A stretch of DNA of 248,000 nucleotides from positions 32,260,001-32,508,000 of the forward strand of contig OX597824.1 of assembly GCA_951406725.2 (NCBI GenBank), read 5' to 3'. Within the stretch, counting starts at the first letter, position 1. The number at the start of each line of letters is the position of its first letter. Of the stretch, positions 1 to 15,200 are shown piece by piece. Both the position numbers and the translations under genes were made by a program. The notes beneath the pieces are model-generated. The model saw only the letters and a program-made list of their open reading frames with translations, was not told where the DNA came from and made no database searches. This stretch comes from Octopus vulgaris (lineage: Eukaryota).

Positions 1-245
1 AAGGTGTGACATAGCAGGGCCGAATCTGAAACCATGTAGTTAGGAAGCAGGCTCCTTAACCTAACAGCCATGCAGGCACCTAATTGAAACAAAGACATTA
101 GGAATTTGACTCTTTAAGGAGGAAGGGAAAATCTCTTATGCTTTTTTTACCTTAGAAAACAGAAAAATTTGAAAAACAAAAATCCAATGAAAAAAATTAT
201 GGAGTTTTCAATTAAAAAATGTGATAATTAGCATTATAAACTTAC

Positions 246-3200
246 TTTTTAATTGATTCAATTTTTAGATTTCCCCAGTTGATGAATGTTGCAATTTCTC
301 CTTCTTTTAAGGACTCAGCATCTTCTTTCTCAATAATAATATTAGGTCCATAACATACAAGCTTTGTTCCAACAGAATCATTCTAAAACATAGAAAAGTA
401 ACAAATTCATATAAAATCCCTGTGAATACCATTGTCACTGCTAGCACCATATTCTATAATCGATGTAATTTATCATGATGATAATGATCATTTAATATCC
501 ACTTTCCATGCTGGCATGGGTTGGATGGTTTGATATGGAGCTAGCCACCTGCAATGTCCAGACCCTAATTGTCTGTTGTGACATGGTTTCTATGGCTGGA
601 TGCCCTTCCTAATGCCAACTATTTTACAGAGTGCATTTTATGTGCCAGTGGCATAGGTGCATTTACACAGCTCTGGCACATGAAGGGACAAGCATGTATG
701 TGTGGAAGACAGCAATATTTCTAAGCTTGACACAGCTTATCAAGTACAGCTAATTGCCACATCTCCCAGTCCCTTGTCATTTCCTCAGTGAGGTCCAAAG
801 TCCAATTATAAATGCTTTATATATGATGGACTTCTTTTAGTTTCTATTATACATGTATCTGAAAGAAGGAATGCACTGCTATAGGATTACCATATATTAT
901 GGAAATGAGGGTTGCAGTTAACAAAAAAAACTCATCTATTATCAGCTAAAGGATGGTTTTAATGAAAAAAAATGTTAAAAATGATCAAACCTTGGGATGC
1001 TTTGCTACTTCTTTTGATGAAGGGGTTGCATCTTTAACAGTAACAGAAACAGCTCCGTCTTTAGTCAGAGCAGTATATCTTGGGACAATTGGATCAATAA
1101 CCTGAAATGAATTATAATATACTTAGTATTACCAATACATAAATACATTAAAACTTTGGTTTTGTCAAGTATATGTGATTATTAAGCTCCTCCAACCGAC
1201 TAACTTTGATATAGATATACAACATAATTATATTTTTATAACCTGTTAGACAAAGTATACCGAGTTTTAGTTAGGTTTAGCACCATTCTTTACAGTCCTT
1301 GAAACACTGAACCAATGATGGATGTTTTACATAGTTGTTCAACCTTCTAGAACCCTGGTTCACAGCTGAGGTAAAATTATCAAAGTTGAGCAATTAGATA
1401 GAATTAACTGTGGTTATCATTGGAAAGACACTAAGCAACACTCTTAATCACATAAAAAAAAATAATAATAACTAGCTGATGATACTTTGCCAGTTTGGAA
1501 AAAGGAATGTAAGTGAATGGGTGGTTGTAAGCTAAAATAAATGATGCATTAGAATAATTCAGTCGCAGAGGTTAATATTTATAAAAGAAATTAAATATTC
1601 AATAATTTATCATAAATTGCTACTAAAATACTTTCCATTGCTCAAAGAAGTAGAATAACAAGAACTATTTTTTTTGGAATGAAAAATTACCTTTTTGTTG
1701 ATTGCCCATATTTTATCCCATTCCATCATGACTATTGATTTTGAAGAACCCTAGAAATAAGTGGAAAATAAATACAAATAAATAGAAAATAAATGAATAT
1801 TCATTTTGGTTGTTTAGGTTTTCCAACAATTTCTCAATTCTTTTTTTATTCTAATCAACAACAAAAAAAAAAATCTATGACTGTAATAAGTTTTCTGTCA
1901 AGGACCAGAGAGGAAATATAATCAATTAAAAAGTTTAAAAAAAAAAATATTATATATAGGTTGATTGAAAAGTAACTCCCTACAGTACCTCACTATGTTG
2001 CAAGATGAGATCTGGCCAGTTATCAGTGCTTGGAAGAATACTGATATTAAAGATTTGATTTTCATGCAAGATGGTGCCACTCTACATTTTGCTCTTGTTG
2101 TTTGTGAATGGCTGAATGTCCACTTTGCTGGGAGATGGATGGGTCATTATGGTCCACGTGAGTGGCCAGCCAGGAGTCCCAATTTAACACCCTGTGATTT
2201 CTTTCTTTTGGGGGTGGTTATAGGAACAAGTCTACTATGCCAAACCAAAGACTTTGGAAGAACTTGAAGGGAGAATACAAGAAGTTATGTCTTCCATCCC
2301 ACAAGAGTTCCTGGTGAAATCAGTTGATGTAATTCCTAGGCGACTCAAGATGCTGGTGGTGACATTAGGAGCCCATACTGAATTTTTAATAAAACCTCAT
2401 ATCAAAAGCTTTCCTCTCATATCCATTCTTCTGTAAAAATTACAATTAATAAATAATTTATAAGTATTTTAAAATAGGGAGTTACTTTTCAATCATTCTG
2501 CATATATAAGTTTGTCATCGTTTGAATTTTTTTGTTCTGTAAACTAGCCGAGTCAGAAATATTATAAAGAAAAAAAAAACCCCAAAAGTAATACAATTTC
2601 TCTGTTCATAAAACTGCATCTTCTGATGGATTCTTTTATTTGTTTCAGTCATTTGACTGTGGCCATGCTGGAGCACCGCCTTTATTCGAGCAAATCGACA
2701 TTCTTTATTTTTCACAATGATTAAACGTGAATTAACAAAGTAATGGTGAAGTTCTTAAGCAGATCAGGCCGAAAATGTCACTAGAAGCTAGGATCACCAA
2801 GCATAGATGGGCATATTTTGGTCATATTATGCGGAGAAAATCCCTGGAGAACGACATCATGCTCGGAATGGTCAGTGGCAAGAGAGGAAGAAGCCGACCA
2901 AGAACCCGCTGGCTTGACACCATCAAGAGTGATACTAGAATGGACACAGCCAATCTGAAAGAAGTGACCCAGGATAGAACTGACTGGAGGTCACTGATCC
3001 ATGGAGTAACCGAGAGTTGACTTCGACTGAGCAGATAGATAGATAAATAGCCTTTGTTTTAATATCAAGGATCAAGTTTTTTTTTACGATAGTATTTCTC
3101 TCCTCCCACTATCTCTCTCTTTCTGTTTATGTATTTCAGTATTTGTTATCTTCTATCTTTTACTTGTTTCAGTCATTAGACTGTGGTCATGCTGGGGCAC

Positions 3201-6200
3201 CGCCTAGAAGGATTTTAGTCAAACTAATTGATCCCAGGACTTATTCTATTGGTCTCTTTTGCATAACTGCTAAGTCATGGGAATGTAAACACAACACCGG
3301 TTGTCAAGAGGTGGGGGGGGGGGATACAAAGACACACACCATGGGCTTATTTCAGTTTTTGTTCATCAAATCCACTCAAGAATTTGGTCATCCTGAAGCT
3401 ATAATAGAAGACACTTGCCGAAGGTGCCTTGCAGTGGGACTGAACTAGGAACCACGTGGTTAGGAAGCAAGCTTCTTACCACACATCCAAAAATATAACA
3501 TTCATCATCATTTTACGTCTGTTGTCCATGCTGGCATGGGTTAGATGATTTGATCAGGGTTGGTAAGTTGGAAGGCTGCACCAGACTCTGGTCTAATTTG
3601 GCATGGTTTTCTATGGCTGAATGCCCTCAGAGTGTAATGGGTGCTTTTTTTACATGCCACTGGCATGGGTGCCATTTGCATGACACCAGTATCTGCCACA
3701 ACGTAATACCAAAGGTCTCGGTCATTGCCTCTTTGAGGCCTAACACTTGAAAGGAACTCAGCCACTTTGCCTCCATGAGGCCTAATGCTCGAAAGGAACT
3801 CAGCCACTTTGCCTCCATGAGGCCTAATGCTCGAAAGGAACTCAGCCACTTTTTGCAACAAAATGTTTAACAAATAAATACAGCAACCATGACGTTCTTT
3901 GTACAAGACTTACTACAAATAAAATTTTGCAATTTCTATTTAATCCAAGCACAACTTACTTGAGCGATTATAAACTGTTTTAAGCCTTCAATAGTCATTC
4001 CTCTTCTTAATATACCACGGACAGTAGGGAAACGAGGATCATCCCTAGAAAAAAAAGATTTATATTGTAGAAGTTTCTCAGACTTTATAAGGAATCTAAC
4101 TCAAGATGTTACTTTTACTAAAGTAGTTTGTGTCAGAGTAATGGGTCAAGTAGAATGAAAGTACAGGGTGGACCAAAATGATCTGACACATTTGGAGGTT
4201 TAATAAAAGCACAAAATAAGAAAAAATGAAAAGAAAAATTTTATTTTCTGAATTCACCATTCCAGAAGAAATGATCCATAGAGTTATCAATAACTTTCAT
4301 GAACGTCTCCAACTGATTTAAGTTTTAAAACTTAATGAAATAAAATGGCATTATATGTACATTCAGAAAATAAAATGTTTCTTTTCATTATTTTATTTTG
4401 TGCTTTTATTAAGCCTCCAAATGTGTCAGATCATCATCATTTTAAGTGTCTACTTTTCCATGCTTGCATGGACCAGACAGAGTTTATTGAGGCAGATTTT
4501 ATATGGTCGAATGCCTTTCCTATTGTCAACCCTCACGATATTTCCTCATGGTCAGGCATGTTTTTGCAGAGTATTGGAAATAAACGAGACTGTTTATATG
4601 AAAGACATTCATTTACAGCTATTGCATGATGTTAAGACAAGGAGACAAAAACACACACATATATGTAGAGATGTGGGTGAGTAAGTATACAACAAGCTTC
4701 TTTCAGTTTCTGTCAATCAAATCCACTCATAAAGCTTTGGTTGGCATGGAGCAACAGTAGAAAACACTTGTCCAAGGTGCCATGCACTGAGGCTGAATCT
4801 GAAACTAGATGGTTGGGAAGCAAACTTCTTAATCACACAGCCCCACCTATGCCAATCAATATCTATAAAGTTGAAATGCGAAAAAGTTGTTTGATTTCTT
4901 GGTTATTTGTCTCATTTTGGTATGGAAACGGTTTAAGGGGCGGTAGATGGGGTCGGATTGGTGCCAAAATTTACACTGGGGGGTAAAATGGGGTGGGCAA
5001 TGGTGTGAGGAAGGTTGCAAAGTTGCTCAGGGCTACTGTTTGGTTGCCATGGTGAGGAATATGGGAAAAATTGAGTTTTAAAGAAGATAAAGATGAAGAA
5101 AAAATTTGAAAAATAAGAAAAAGAAGAGGGCAATAAAAAGAACCAGGCAAAGAAGACGAACAAAAGAAGGAAGGGAAAAGGAGACAACACGCACAAAAGG
5201 AACACCACCACCAAAACCCGAGCGAGGCACGGGTCAAAATAGTTAGTCTGTAAGAAACAGCAGTCAAATCACAGACTACTGATTTAAAAAAAAAAAAAAA
5301 AAGGAACAGCATATTGGATACTATAGCCTGAAAACAGGATGAGGAAGGGCAAGATATTATAAATACTGAACTGATGATAAAGGTGAGGCAAAGACAGGGA
5401 AACAAACAATACTTACCAACCATCAACATGTTTTTCGTTCACAAACCAAGTGAGTTTTCGCTTGGACAAAACAGTGTTTTGTAGATTCAATCGGCTGTAC
5501 TCATAGAGATAAGGTTCACGTAAACCTAGAAGAAAAACATTTCAACTTTTTATCTCAAGCTAAAAAGAAATTTTGGAACATTTATAATTATAGTGTGTTA
5601 TTTTGTGTTAAAAACCTCTTCAATGGAAAAAGTCAAAGGCTGCCCATGCGACTTATCTTTTACTTTATTAGACTGCGTCCATGTTAGGGCACTGCCTTGA
5701 AGAATATTTAGCTGAACAAATCAACCCCAGTATTTATTTTTAAAAACTTGGTACTTATTCTAGCTGTCTTTTTTGCTGAACTGCTAAGTTATGGGGATGT
5801 AAACACACCAACACTGGTTGTCAAGCGCAGTGGTGGGAGACAAACAGACACAAAGATATATACGATAGGTTTCTTTCAGTTTCTGTCCCCCAAATCCACT
5901 CGCAAGGCTTTGGTCTGCCTGAAGCTACAGTAGAAGATACTTGGCCAAGATACCACGCAGTGGGACTGAACCTGGAACCATGTAGTTGAGAAGTAAGCTT
6001 CTTACCACAGAGCCATGCCTAAGTAAAACTTTCTAAGATTCTCCATTTTGAATTTAGCAAAAACATCAAAGAATCAAAGGTTTGGCTCAGGACTAAACTG
6101 AATCAAAAGAGGTTTACCCACAGGGAACATCTAAAAATGCTTTATCACAGATTGATTAATTTGTATTTTGAAACTGATTCAATACCTTAAGTTCTTCACT

Positions 6201-9200
6201 TATGATGTAACTATATTTTGGAGAAAATATGGAAAATGCTCTCTCTCTTTCATATGCACCTTGTACCTTGAGAATACATCCTCACCAACTCTCTCTCTTT
6301 TCCAGACGCAGAAACCATGTATTCACCTCTTCAACAAGACACTTGTTCCTATCCTGTTATCGTACTTTCACCTCCTCCAATGTTATGTTCCACTCAGTTG
6401 AGGAATCTTGTCTCGCAAGTACTTAGTGACATCATTTGTGCCAATGCCACATAAAAAAGCATCACCCAGTATACTCTATTAATGTGGCTGGTGTTAGGAA
6501 GTGTATCCAGCCATAGAAACCATGCCAAGGCAGATGCTGGAGCTTGATGCAGTCCTCTGGCCCTTGTTAAACTGTCCAACCCATGCCAGCATGGAATAAA
6601 GGAGATTAAATAATGATGATGATGAGGATGGTTAATCATGTTCTTAATGAATAAATTAAGAAAGAAATTGCAAAACATAGGATCAGAAAGAAGAACAGGA
6701 TAGATAATATTTGAAGTGTAAATCTACAGATTTATAACTTTTGTGAAAAGTATTGTGTTGTTATTTTTTAGAAAATATTATTTCTACAATGTAACTCCTA
6801 CCTGCATTATGCTTAATGTTAGAAAAAGTAATTAACACATTGGCTCCAATAACTAATACAAAAAAAAAAAAAAAAAAAGAAAAACCCTGAAAATTTAAAA
6901 CCATCAAACCCCTAATCATCATCATCCTTTAATGTTCATTTTCAATGCTGGAATGGGTTGGACGGTTTGACCATAGCTGGCAAGTGAGAGAGCTGCACCA
7001 GTTTGATATGGCTGGGTGCCCTTGCTAATGCCAACCACTTTACAGTGTGTGCTGGGTACTTTTAATGTGGCACCAGCACAGGACTCTTGCAGGCCAATCC
7101 TCTTCATTAGGGGATGTGGCCTTAACACTTCTGCTGAGGAGGACGGATCTTCTTGAGTACAGCAAAGCATCAGGTATACCAGTCCTTTGTCATCTCATCC
7201 AAAAGGTTCAGCATTCAGAGATCATCCTAAGAATATATTAACTCTGATGTACACTGAATTATTGGGAAATCTTACCAAGTTTATTTAACTTATTGGTTAA
7301 ACAGTCAGTCTTTTGCTTTGTTTTTCAGCTGCCTAAAAATCAAGATAACCATGTGACAGCCCCACTTCATTAAAGCGGTGGTGGACTAAGAAAGATGTCA
7401 CTGAAAAGGTTGTCAATGGCAACGAAAGGAAAAATAAAGACAAATAAATAACTGACTGTTTAGCACCAAGTTAAACAATTGATCGATTAGTTAGTTGTAT
7501 CTTACCAAGCTTTTTCAGAATCCAGAAATACTGCTCATCTCTGTCGTGATATTCAGTTGTACGAAGAGCATGGGTCACACCCTCTATACTGTCCACAATA
7601 GGACAAGCAAAGTCATAAGTTGGGTACACTCTGAAAATATAATGGATAAATGATTGAAAGAAGAAATCTATCTTTAGATTTACTAAACAGAATCAGCAAT
7701 GCAATGAATAAAAAAGAAGTACATAAAATAAAAATATTGATAGAAATATACTTAATAAGCACAAGGTGAGGTACATGACCTAGCGGTTAAACAGTGGCAC
7801 TCGTGATCATGGTTTCAATTCCCTGACCAGGCAGTGTGTTCTGGGTCTTGAGTCAAACACTTCACTTTTATGTTGCTGCTGTCCACTCAGTTATGAATAA
7901 GTAACCCTGTAATAGACTGGCATCCTGTTGAAGGGAAATATGATCTCAGCAACCTATACACCATGGAAACTGGGTAAGTGACTCTGAGTCCTAGGGCTTC
8001 AAATAGTAATGTTTAATGAGCACACTAGTCCAAGTAGGAAGGCCAATGACTGTCTGGTTATACTTTGCTGTTAGGGAGATAAAGGTACATGGCTCAGTGG
8101 TTAGAGCATTGGGCTTATAATCACAAAATTATGAGTTCGATTCCTGGACCAGGCTACGTGTTAGGTTCTTGAGCAAGACACTTTATTTTTCATGTTATTC
8201 CAGTTCACTAAGCTGTAGAAATGAGTTGTGACATCACTGGTGCCAAGCAGTATCAGCCTTTGCCTTTCCCTTAGATAACATTGGTGACGTGGCGAGGAGA
8301 GGCTAGTGTGCATGGGTGACTGCTGGTCTTCCATAAACAACCTTGTCCAGACTTGTACCTCGGAAGGTGTCTTTGTAAGTGCAATCCCATGGTCATTTAT
8401 GACAGAAGAGGGTCTTTTAGGGAGATTAATGTGAAATTTTTATAGGTTTGCAGTAGGACAGAAGATATGAAGAGAAAGGAAGTTGCAGAGGTATTCAGTT
8501 ATGAGCAAGAAAACGTTAACTGGTTGGTATGAAGCCTTTGAGATGAAAGGGAATGGGAAGAAACATGTGTAACAACTGAGTTTAAGAAGAAATAACAGAA
8601 TTTCCACACAGCTAAGTGCAGGTATTGGCTGAAAAAGTTTGCTTCCCAACCATGTGATTTCAAGTTCAGTCCCACTGCATGACTTCTTGGGCAAGTGTCT
8701 TCTACGGCCAGGAGTTGACCAATGCCTTGTGAGTAGATTCAGTAGACAAGAAATGAAAGGAGATTGTTGTGTGTGTGTGTGTGCATGAATGCACCTGTGT
8801 GAGTACACGTGTCTAAACATTACATGATAGTTGTAAATGAGCATCACTGTCATACAAGCGAGGTTGTTTGGTTCCAGTCTTTTGTGAAAAAAAAAAAAAT
8901 CTTGCCATAGGGAAATATCATTATGTTTGAAAAAAAGAGGGGAAGTTGATGACAGGAAGGGCATCTGACCATAGAAAATCTACCTCAACAAATTTTGTCT
9001 GCCCCAGGTAAGCATAGAAAAGTGGACATTAGAATGATGATAAAATAATAATCCTTTCTACTAAAGGCATAAAGGCCTGAAATTTTTAGGAGGGGTATGC
9101 TGATTTCATCAACCCCAGTGTTTCGCTGGTACTTAATTTACCAACCCATAAAAGATGAAAAGCAAAGACGACCCAGGTGAAATATGAACTCAGAATGTGA

Positions 9201-12200
9201 AGATGGAAGAAAAACTGCTAAGCATTTTGCCTGGTGTGGTAACAATTCTGCCAGCTTGCAGCTTTATGATGAAATAATAATCATCATCATTTAATGTCCA
9301 TTTCCATCTGGTATGGGTTGTATGGCTTGACAGGAGCTGGTAAAGCCAGAAGCTGCATCAGGCTCCACTGTCTACTTTGGCATGGTTTCTACAATTAGAT
9401 GTGCTTCCAAGGTGACATCTCAGAGTGGTGAGAATAAGTGGGGCAAATGATAGAGTAAAATGATGGAGTGAAATATAGGTAGGTATGTGGGTATTAAGGG
9501 TAATAGTAGTTAAGCAAGGTGTTAATGATAGAGGACATTATAGGGGAGAGAAGACATAGAAAGGAGGTGATTGGTGGGAATGGGAAATGGTTTAGGGTGG
9601 TGAAAGAGATAACTGAAGAAGCAGGTGGATGTAATATGCACCTATTCTGTTCTCAAGTGATGGGTGTTAGGGGATAAAAGGTGAGGGGAAAATGGTTGAC
9701 GAGGGAGAGCCCTAATAAGTATTGGCAGACATTTCACTAGTGAGCTTGTAAACTGATCAAGAAATTAGACTATTGGAAAGTGTATTTCTTGATACACTAC
9801 GCCAGAAAAACTAAATGATTATACTCTGATCATAGTTCTGCCCTGTCAGGGTTATCTTGGAGTTAAATGATAAATAGTAGAAGTAATGTATGATGTAGAC
9901 TATTTATTGTTATAAACCCAAACTTGAATATCAAAGTTTTAAAAGGTTTCACGTACAGTCTCTCCAGAGTTTGAATTGCTTCTGAGTAATTCTCACATTC
10001 ACTTATGAGTTCGTAAACATCTTTATCTATGTGTGCTATTAAACACCTAAGTTTGCTTTCATCCGTTGTTAGGTGGTTCAGCAGGAAATGATTCTAAAAA
10101 ATTTTTTAAAGTTCTGAACCAATATTTCCATTCTTTCAAAGCTTGACTTGAACTTGGATCAGCAGTGAACAAACTTGGATCAGCAGTGAACAAATTTGGT
10201 TTTATAAATTTGCTGTCCATTCTCTCTCTCTCTAGCTATAATTTAGTTGATTAAATTGTCATAAACCCAAACTCGAATATCAAAGTTTTAAAAGGTTTCA
10301 CGTACAAGAAAAATATACTTTTAATAATTGTCTTACTTGTATTTGTCACCTGTTCTGATGTGAATCTCTGGTTTACAACGGTAAAGTGTTGGATCACGCA
10401 TACAACCGTTAGCAGAATTCATGTCAATCTTAGCACGAACACAACATTTTGTTCCAAATTCTGTACCTGATTTCATTTCTTCCCACATTTTCAAGTTTTC
10501 AGCTGTGCCTGGTTAGTATAAAATAAACAGAAAATTAAGGATTCTCATTATAATCTCTTGACCTGCTAGAAATAGAAGCCAAAGCCCTTCAAATTACACC
10601 TAGCTTTTTACAAAAGACAGACACATTGAATAATGTAGTCTACTGTTTAGAAAAAAAAAAAGAATAGTTATGGTTGGAATACCTTCAATATAGAGCTGCT
10701 CAATCAGGTTTCATACAAAACTAAACAACAAATTTTTGTGTTGATAAAGTATATTTGTCCAGTTGACTATGATTAATGATCAATCAAAGCCTAGCTTGCA
10801 TTCCAGTAGTAAGTAATAAACCACTGGTCTGCCCCCATGTGAGCTTTTCTACAGCTACAGTGTTGCTGCACCAATAAATCCAAGCACAGTCAGAGCATTG
10901 CACAATGAAGGCCCAATTTAGTGTTTATCTCATTTGTTAAAGTCTAATATTTTGAAATTTGATCTCCACTTCTTACAACAGACATCGTACATGGCTGCTT
11001 GACCTGCCAGAAACAACAACCAAATCTCTCTCAAACTATAACCAACCATCTTAACCTTTAGCATTCAGATTTCTCAGTCAAATGTAATACTTATTTATTC
11101 ACATTGTTTTGAATTAACCAGGAATTATTTTGTAGCTTTGAGATTTTGATGAGGTAATTCTTAATTTTTAGAAAGAAATTGTAGGGTTGGTGTGAGAGGC
11201 CAGATCTGGCCAGTTTGGACATAAAACAGGTAGAATATTTTGGTTGGATACGGCCAGTTTAAATTTCCTGACCACATTAGTTAATGTGGTCAAAGGTGCA
11301 CTATGTTTGATGAGCTGATCGAAGGTGGCAAGCTGGCAGAAACGTTAGCACGCCGGGCGAAATGCTTTGAGGTATTTCGTCTGCCGCTACGTTCCGAGTT
11401 CAAATTCCGCCGAGGTCGACTTTGCCTTTCATCCTTTCGGGGTCGATAAATTAAGTACCAGTTACGCACTGGGGTCAATGTAATCGACTTAATACCTATG
11501 TCTGTCCTTGTTTGTCCCCTCTGTGTTTAGCCCCTTGTGGGTAATAAAGAAATAGGTATTTTGTCTGTCGCTACGTTCTGAGTTCAAATTCCGTCGAGGT
11601 CGACTTTGCCTTTCATCCTTTCGGGGTCGATTAAACAAGTACCAGTTACGCACTGGGGTTGATATAATCGACTTGATTCGCTTGTTTGTCCTTTTTTTGT
11701 TTAGCCCCTTGTGGGTAGTAAAAAAATAGGTTAAAATGTTGTTGATTACAGTTCTGTTCAATCAGAGCCAATTTAGGATTAAGCAACAATAGTATTTTAA
11801 TTGCTATGTTGCAAAGCATCAGAACAAACAGCATAGCAATACCATGGATCAAGGCATGAAAAGGACAGAAGTCATGTAATGCAAGTGAATTTACTAACAC
11901 AAACTATAGAAGGTCAGTCAACACGCTACAGAGAACTACATATACTTGGCATTACACACAACAAGCAAACTCCTTCAGGAACTTACTTTGATTTCTTCGT
12001 GCTGATTCTTTCTTTTCTTCTCTTTCTTGTTTCATAACGTCAGGATTGGTATCGTCAACATAGGCATGACCTTCTTTGATTAGTTTCAAACAAAGATCAA
12101 GCAGGACATCAAAATGGTCAGATGTATAGCTTAGAACATCATACTTAATGCCAAGTAGTTCGACATCTTTGAGAATTACCTGTTTAAAATATTGTATCAA

Positions 12201-15200
12201 TAAACATGTAAGATATTGTTTTCAATGTTTAACAAATTATATATAAAGGCTTTTTTTTCTTTTTTTGCATGCGCCCTCAAAAAGTCTGGCTTGGTGTCCA
12301 GTAAGACCACTAGGCGTGAGGCACCCCTTATATACACACAGGTGGCATGTAAAAAACACCATTTCGAGCGTGGTCGTTGCCAGTACTGCCAGACTGGCCC
12401 TCGTGCCGGTGGCACGTAAAAGCACCCACTACACTCTCGGAGTGGTTGGCGTTAGGAAGGGCATCCAGCTATAGAAACTCTGCCAGATCAGATTGGAACC
12501 TGGCGCAGCCATCTGGTTCTCCAGTCCTCAGTCAAATCGTCCAACCGATGCTAGCATGGAAAGCGGACGTTAAATGATGATGATGTCTCTAGAACCCACT
12601 TCAAACCCAGGCTACATCTGATAATTGGAAGTGACTTGGTTGGTGAATCCTCTGCAATGCTTGACAATCAACAGCAAGATGAGCTACTACAGATCACAGT
12701 ATCCCAAAAGGTGTATGTGTGTGAACTTGTATCTCCATTGAAACTCTAAACATTTGGTCAGAGCTGGCTCAACTCACCACAGGGGAATGCCACTGCAAGT
12801 ACAAGTAGCAAAAAAAAAAAAGGGGGTTTCGAGCTCTTTGTTTTAAAAATACTTGAAATTCATTCATCATAGGTGGAACTTATGTACCACACCCATCTAA
12901 CCAAGTGGCCAATGATTATAAAACTCTTGTTCCAACAATTCAATGCTGACCTCACTAAATGCTGAAGAATCAACCAAGCACAAAGACATTGTATTTTACC
13001 ATTCACTAAGTTTATTACATAAACATCTTTCTATAATATATAATTTTCTAGATGGTGTAATTTAATTTTTCATTATTGAATTGATAAAAGGTGGTTTTTC
13101 TAATTTATATATATATATATATATATACATATATACACTTACACATATATACACACACAAATATATATACATATGCACACATACATACATCTATCTATGA
13201 GTGCGTCATTGTGTCTGTGTTTGTCCCCGTCAACTACTGGATAACCGATGTTGGTGTATTTACATCCCTGTAACTTAGCAGTTAAGAGACTAACAAAACA
13301 AGTGCCAGGTTTAAAGACAAAAACAAATAATGACTAAAAGTTCTTCAAGGTTGAACTGGCAAATATCATAATTTCATTCTGAAATCTAAAATCAGCAGAA
13401 TGCAGTTACATGGGAAATTACAATAATGACTACAGAAAAGGGTTAATAAATTTTGTTACCTGCTCAAATACATCACTTTCCTTGGCAGGGTTTGTGTCAT
13501 CAAATCTCAAAATCAAACGTCCTTCAAACAATTTTTGATAATATTGATTTAACAAAGCAGCTTTTGCATGGCCAACATGAAGATAACTGAAAAATATATT
13601 AAAAATAATAATGAAGAAAATATTATATGCAAAAAAATAATGCTCCAATTTTTTTTCTCTTAGGTAAAGGTGTGGTTGTGTAGGAAGAAGCTTACTTCCC
13701 GACGTGTTTCCAGGTTCAGTCGCACTCTGTGAAACCTTGGACAAGAGTCTTCAACTATAGCCTTGAGCTGACCAAAGCCTTGTGAATGGATGTGGTAGAC
13801 AGAAACTGAAAGAAGTCCACTGTATATCATCATCATCATCATCATCGTTTAGCGTCCGCTTTCCATGCTAGCATGGGTTGGACGATTTGACTGAGGTCTG
13901 GCGAACCAGACTCCAATCTGATCTGGCAGAGTTTCAACAGCTGGATGCCCTTCCTAATGCCAACCACTCCGAGAGTGTAGTGGGTGCTTTTACGTGCCAG
14001 TTAGGTGGTACTGGTAACGGCCACACTCAAATGGTGCATTTTATGTGCCACCTGCACAGGAGCCAGTCCAGCAGCACTGGCAACGACCTCGCTCTAATGT
14101 TGTTGTATTTGGGGATGGTTATGTTACCAGTTTAGCCAATAAAAACACACGCACTATATATTTGGGGTTCACTTGCTTCAGCTTTATTTTATAGTAATCG
14201 TATTTCAGTCAGAGTTCTTTCGTCACACTTCTGTGACCTCATCAGTGGTCCTTTGCTTTCTTCTTTCTTTTTTGTGTGTCTTTCCTACCGAAATACGATT
14301 ACTATAAAATAAAGTTGAAGCAAGTGAACACCAAATATATAGTGCATGTGTTTTTATTGGCTAAACTGGCAACGTGACCATCCCCAAATACAACAGTATC
14401 TGTTTAAACACACGAATTCACATCAAGAATCTTGCAAAACGAATATATGAACGTATATATGTGTGTATGTGTGTATATATACTTATATCTATGTGTGTGT
14501 ATTTATCACCCACCACCGCCTGACAACTGGTGTTGGTGTGTGTATGTCCCTGTAGCTTAGCAGTTCAGCAAAAAGATAGAATAAACATGAGGCTTAAAAG
14601 CAAATAAGTACAGGGGTTGATGCATTTAACTAAAAATTCTTCAAGGTGGTGCCCCAGCATGGCCATCGTTTAATGACTGAAACAAGTTAAAGAGTAAAGA
14701 TACAGAAAAAGGCCCCAAAATGCTAAAATGCATCTGATGCTCTTGATTGACACTGCTGGGACAAATTTTTGCCTTGCTCCTCTGATATTGTGATTTTAAC
14801 ATAGCAAGTTCATAAGCGATGTTATTTCAGGACAAATGCTGCAGTAACTGGCCTATCAAACTGTGTATACATTAAGTATGATACACAGATGGCTATTTTA
14901 ATCCAACACTGACTCAGTTGCATACACTAGATTTATAATCACATATATATTTTTTTGTCAATGAAAAACAATATATAGCAAAAAAATATTCAAAGCTAAA
15001 ACCCAAAGGTCAAAAGATGTTTGTTTCAATCCATCCTCTCCCAGAAAATCTCCAATTTGATACCAACTGATTTCTGACTATGATGCCTTACCCACTTGCT
15101 TCTGGAGGGAATCTTACTACTACTTCTCCTTTTTTAGCATTTGGCAAGTCAACAAATTTGCCTTCTTCTTTTCGGCCCTGAAACAAAGAACACAAACAAA

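Noticed and set aside
11290-11900. Recurrent [18 protein letters not shown] and LDALPNANH ORFs throughout the window
   Set aside because: Chance translations of high-copy SINE consensus sequences.
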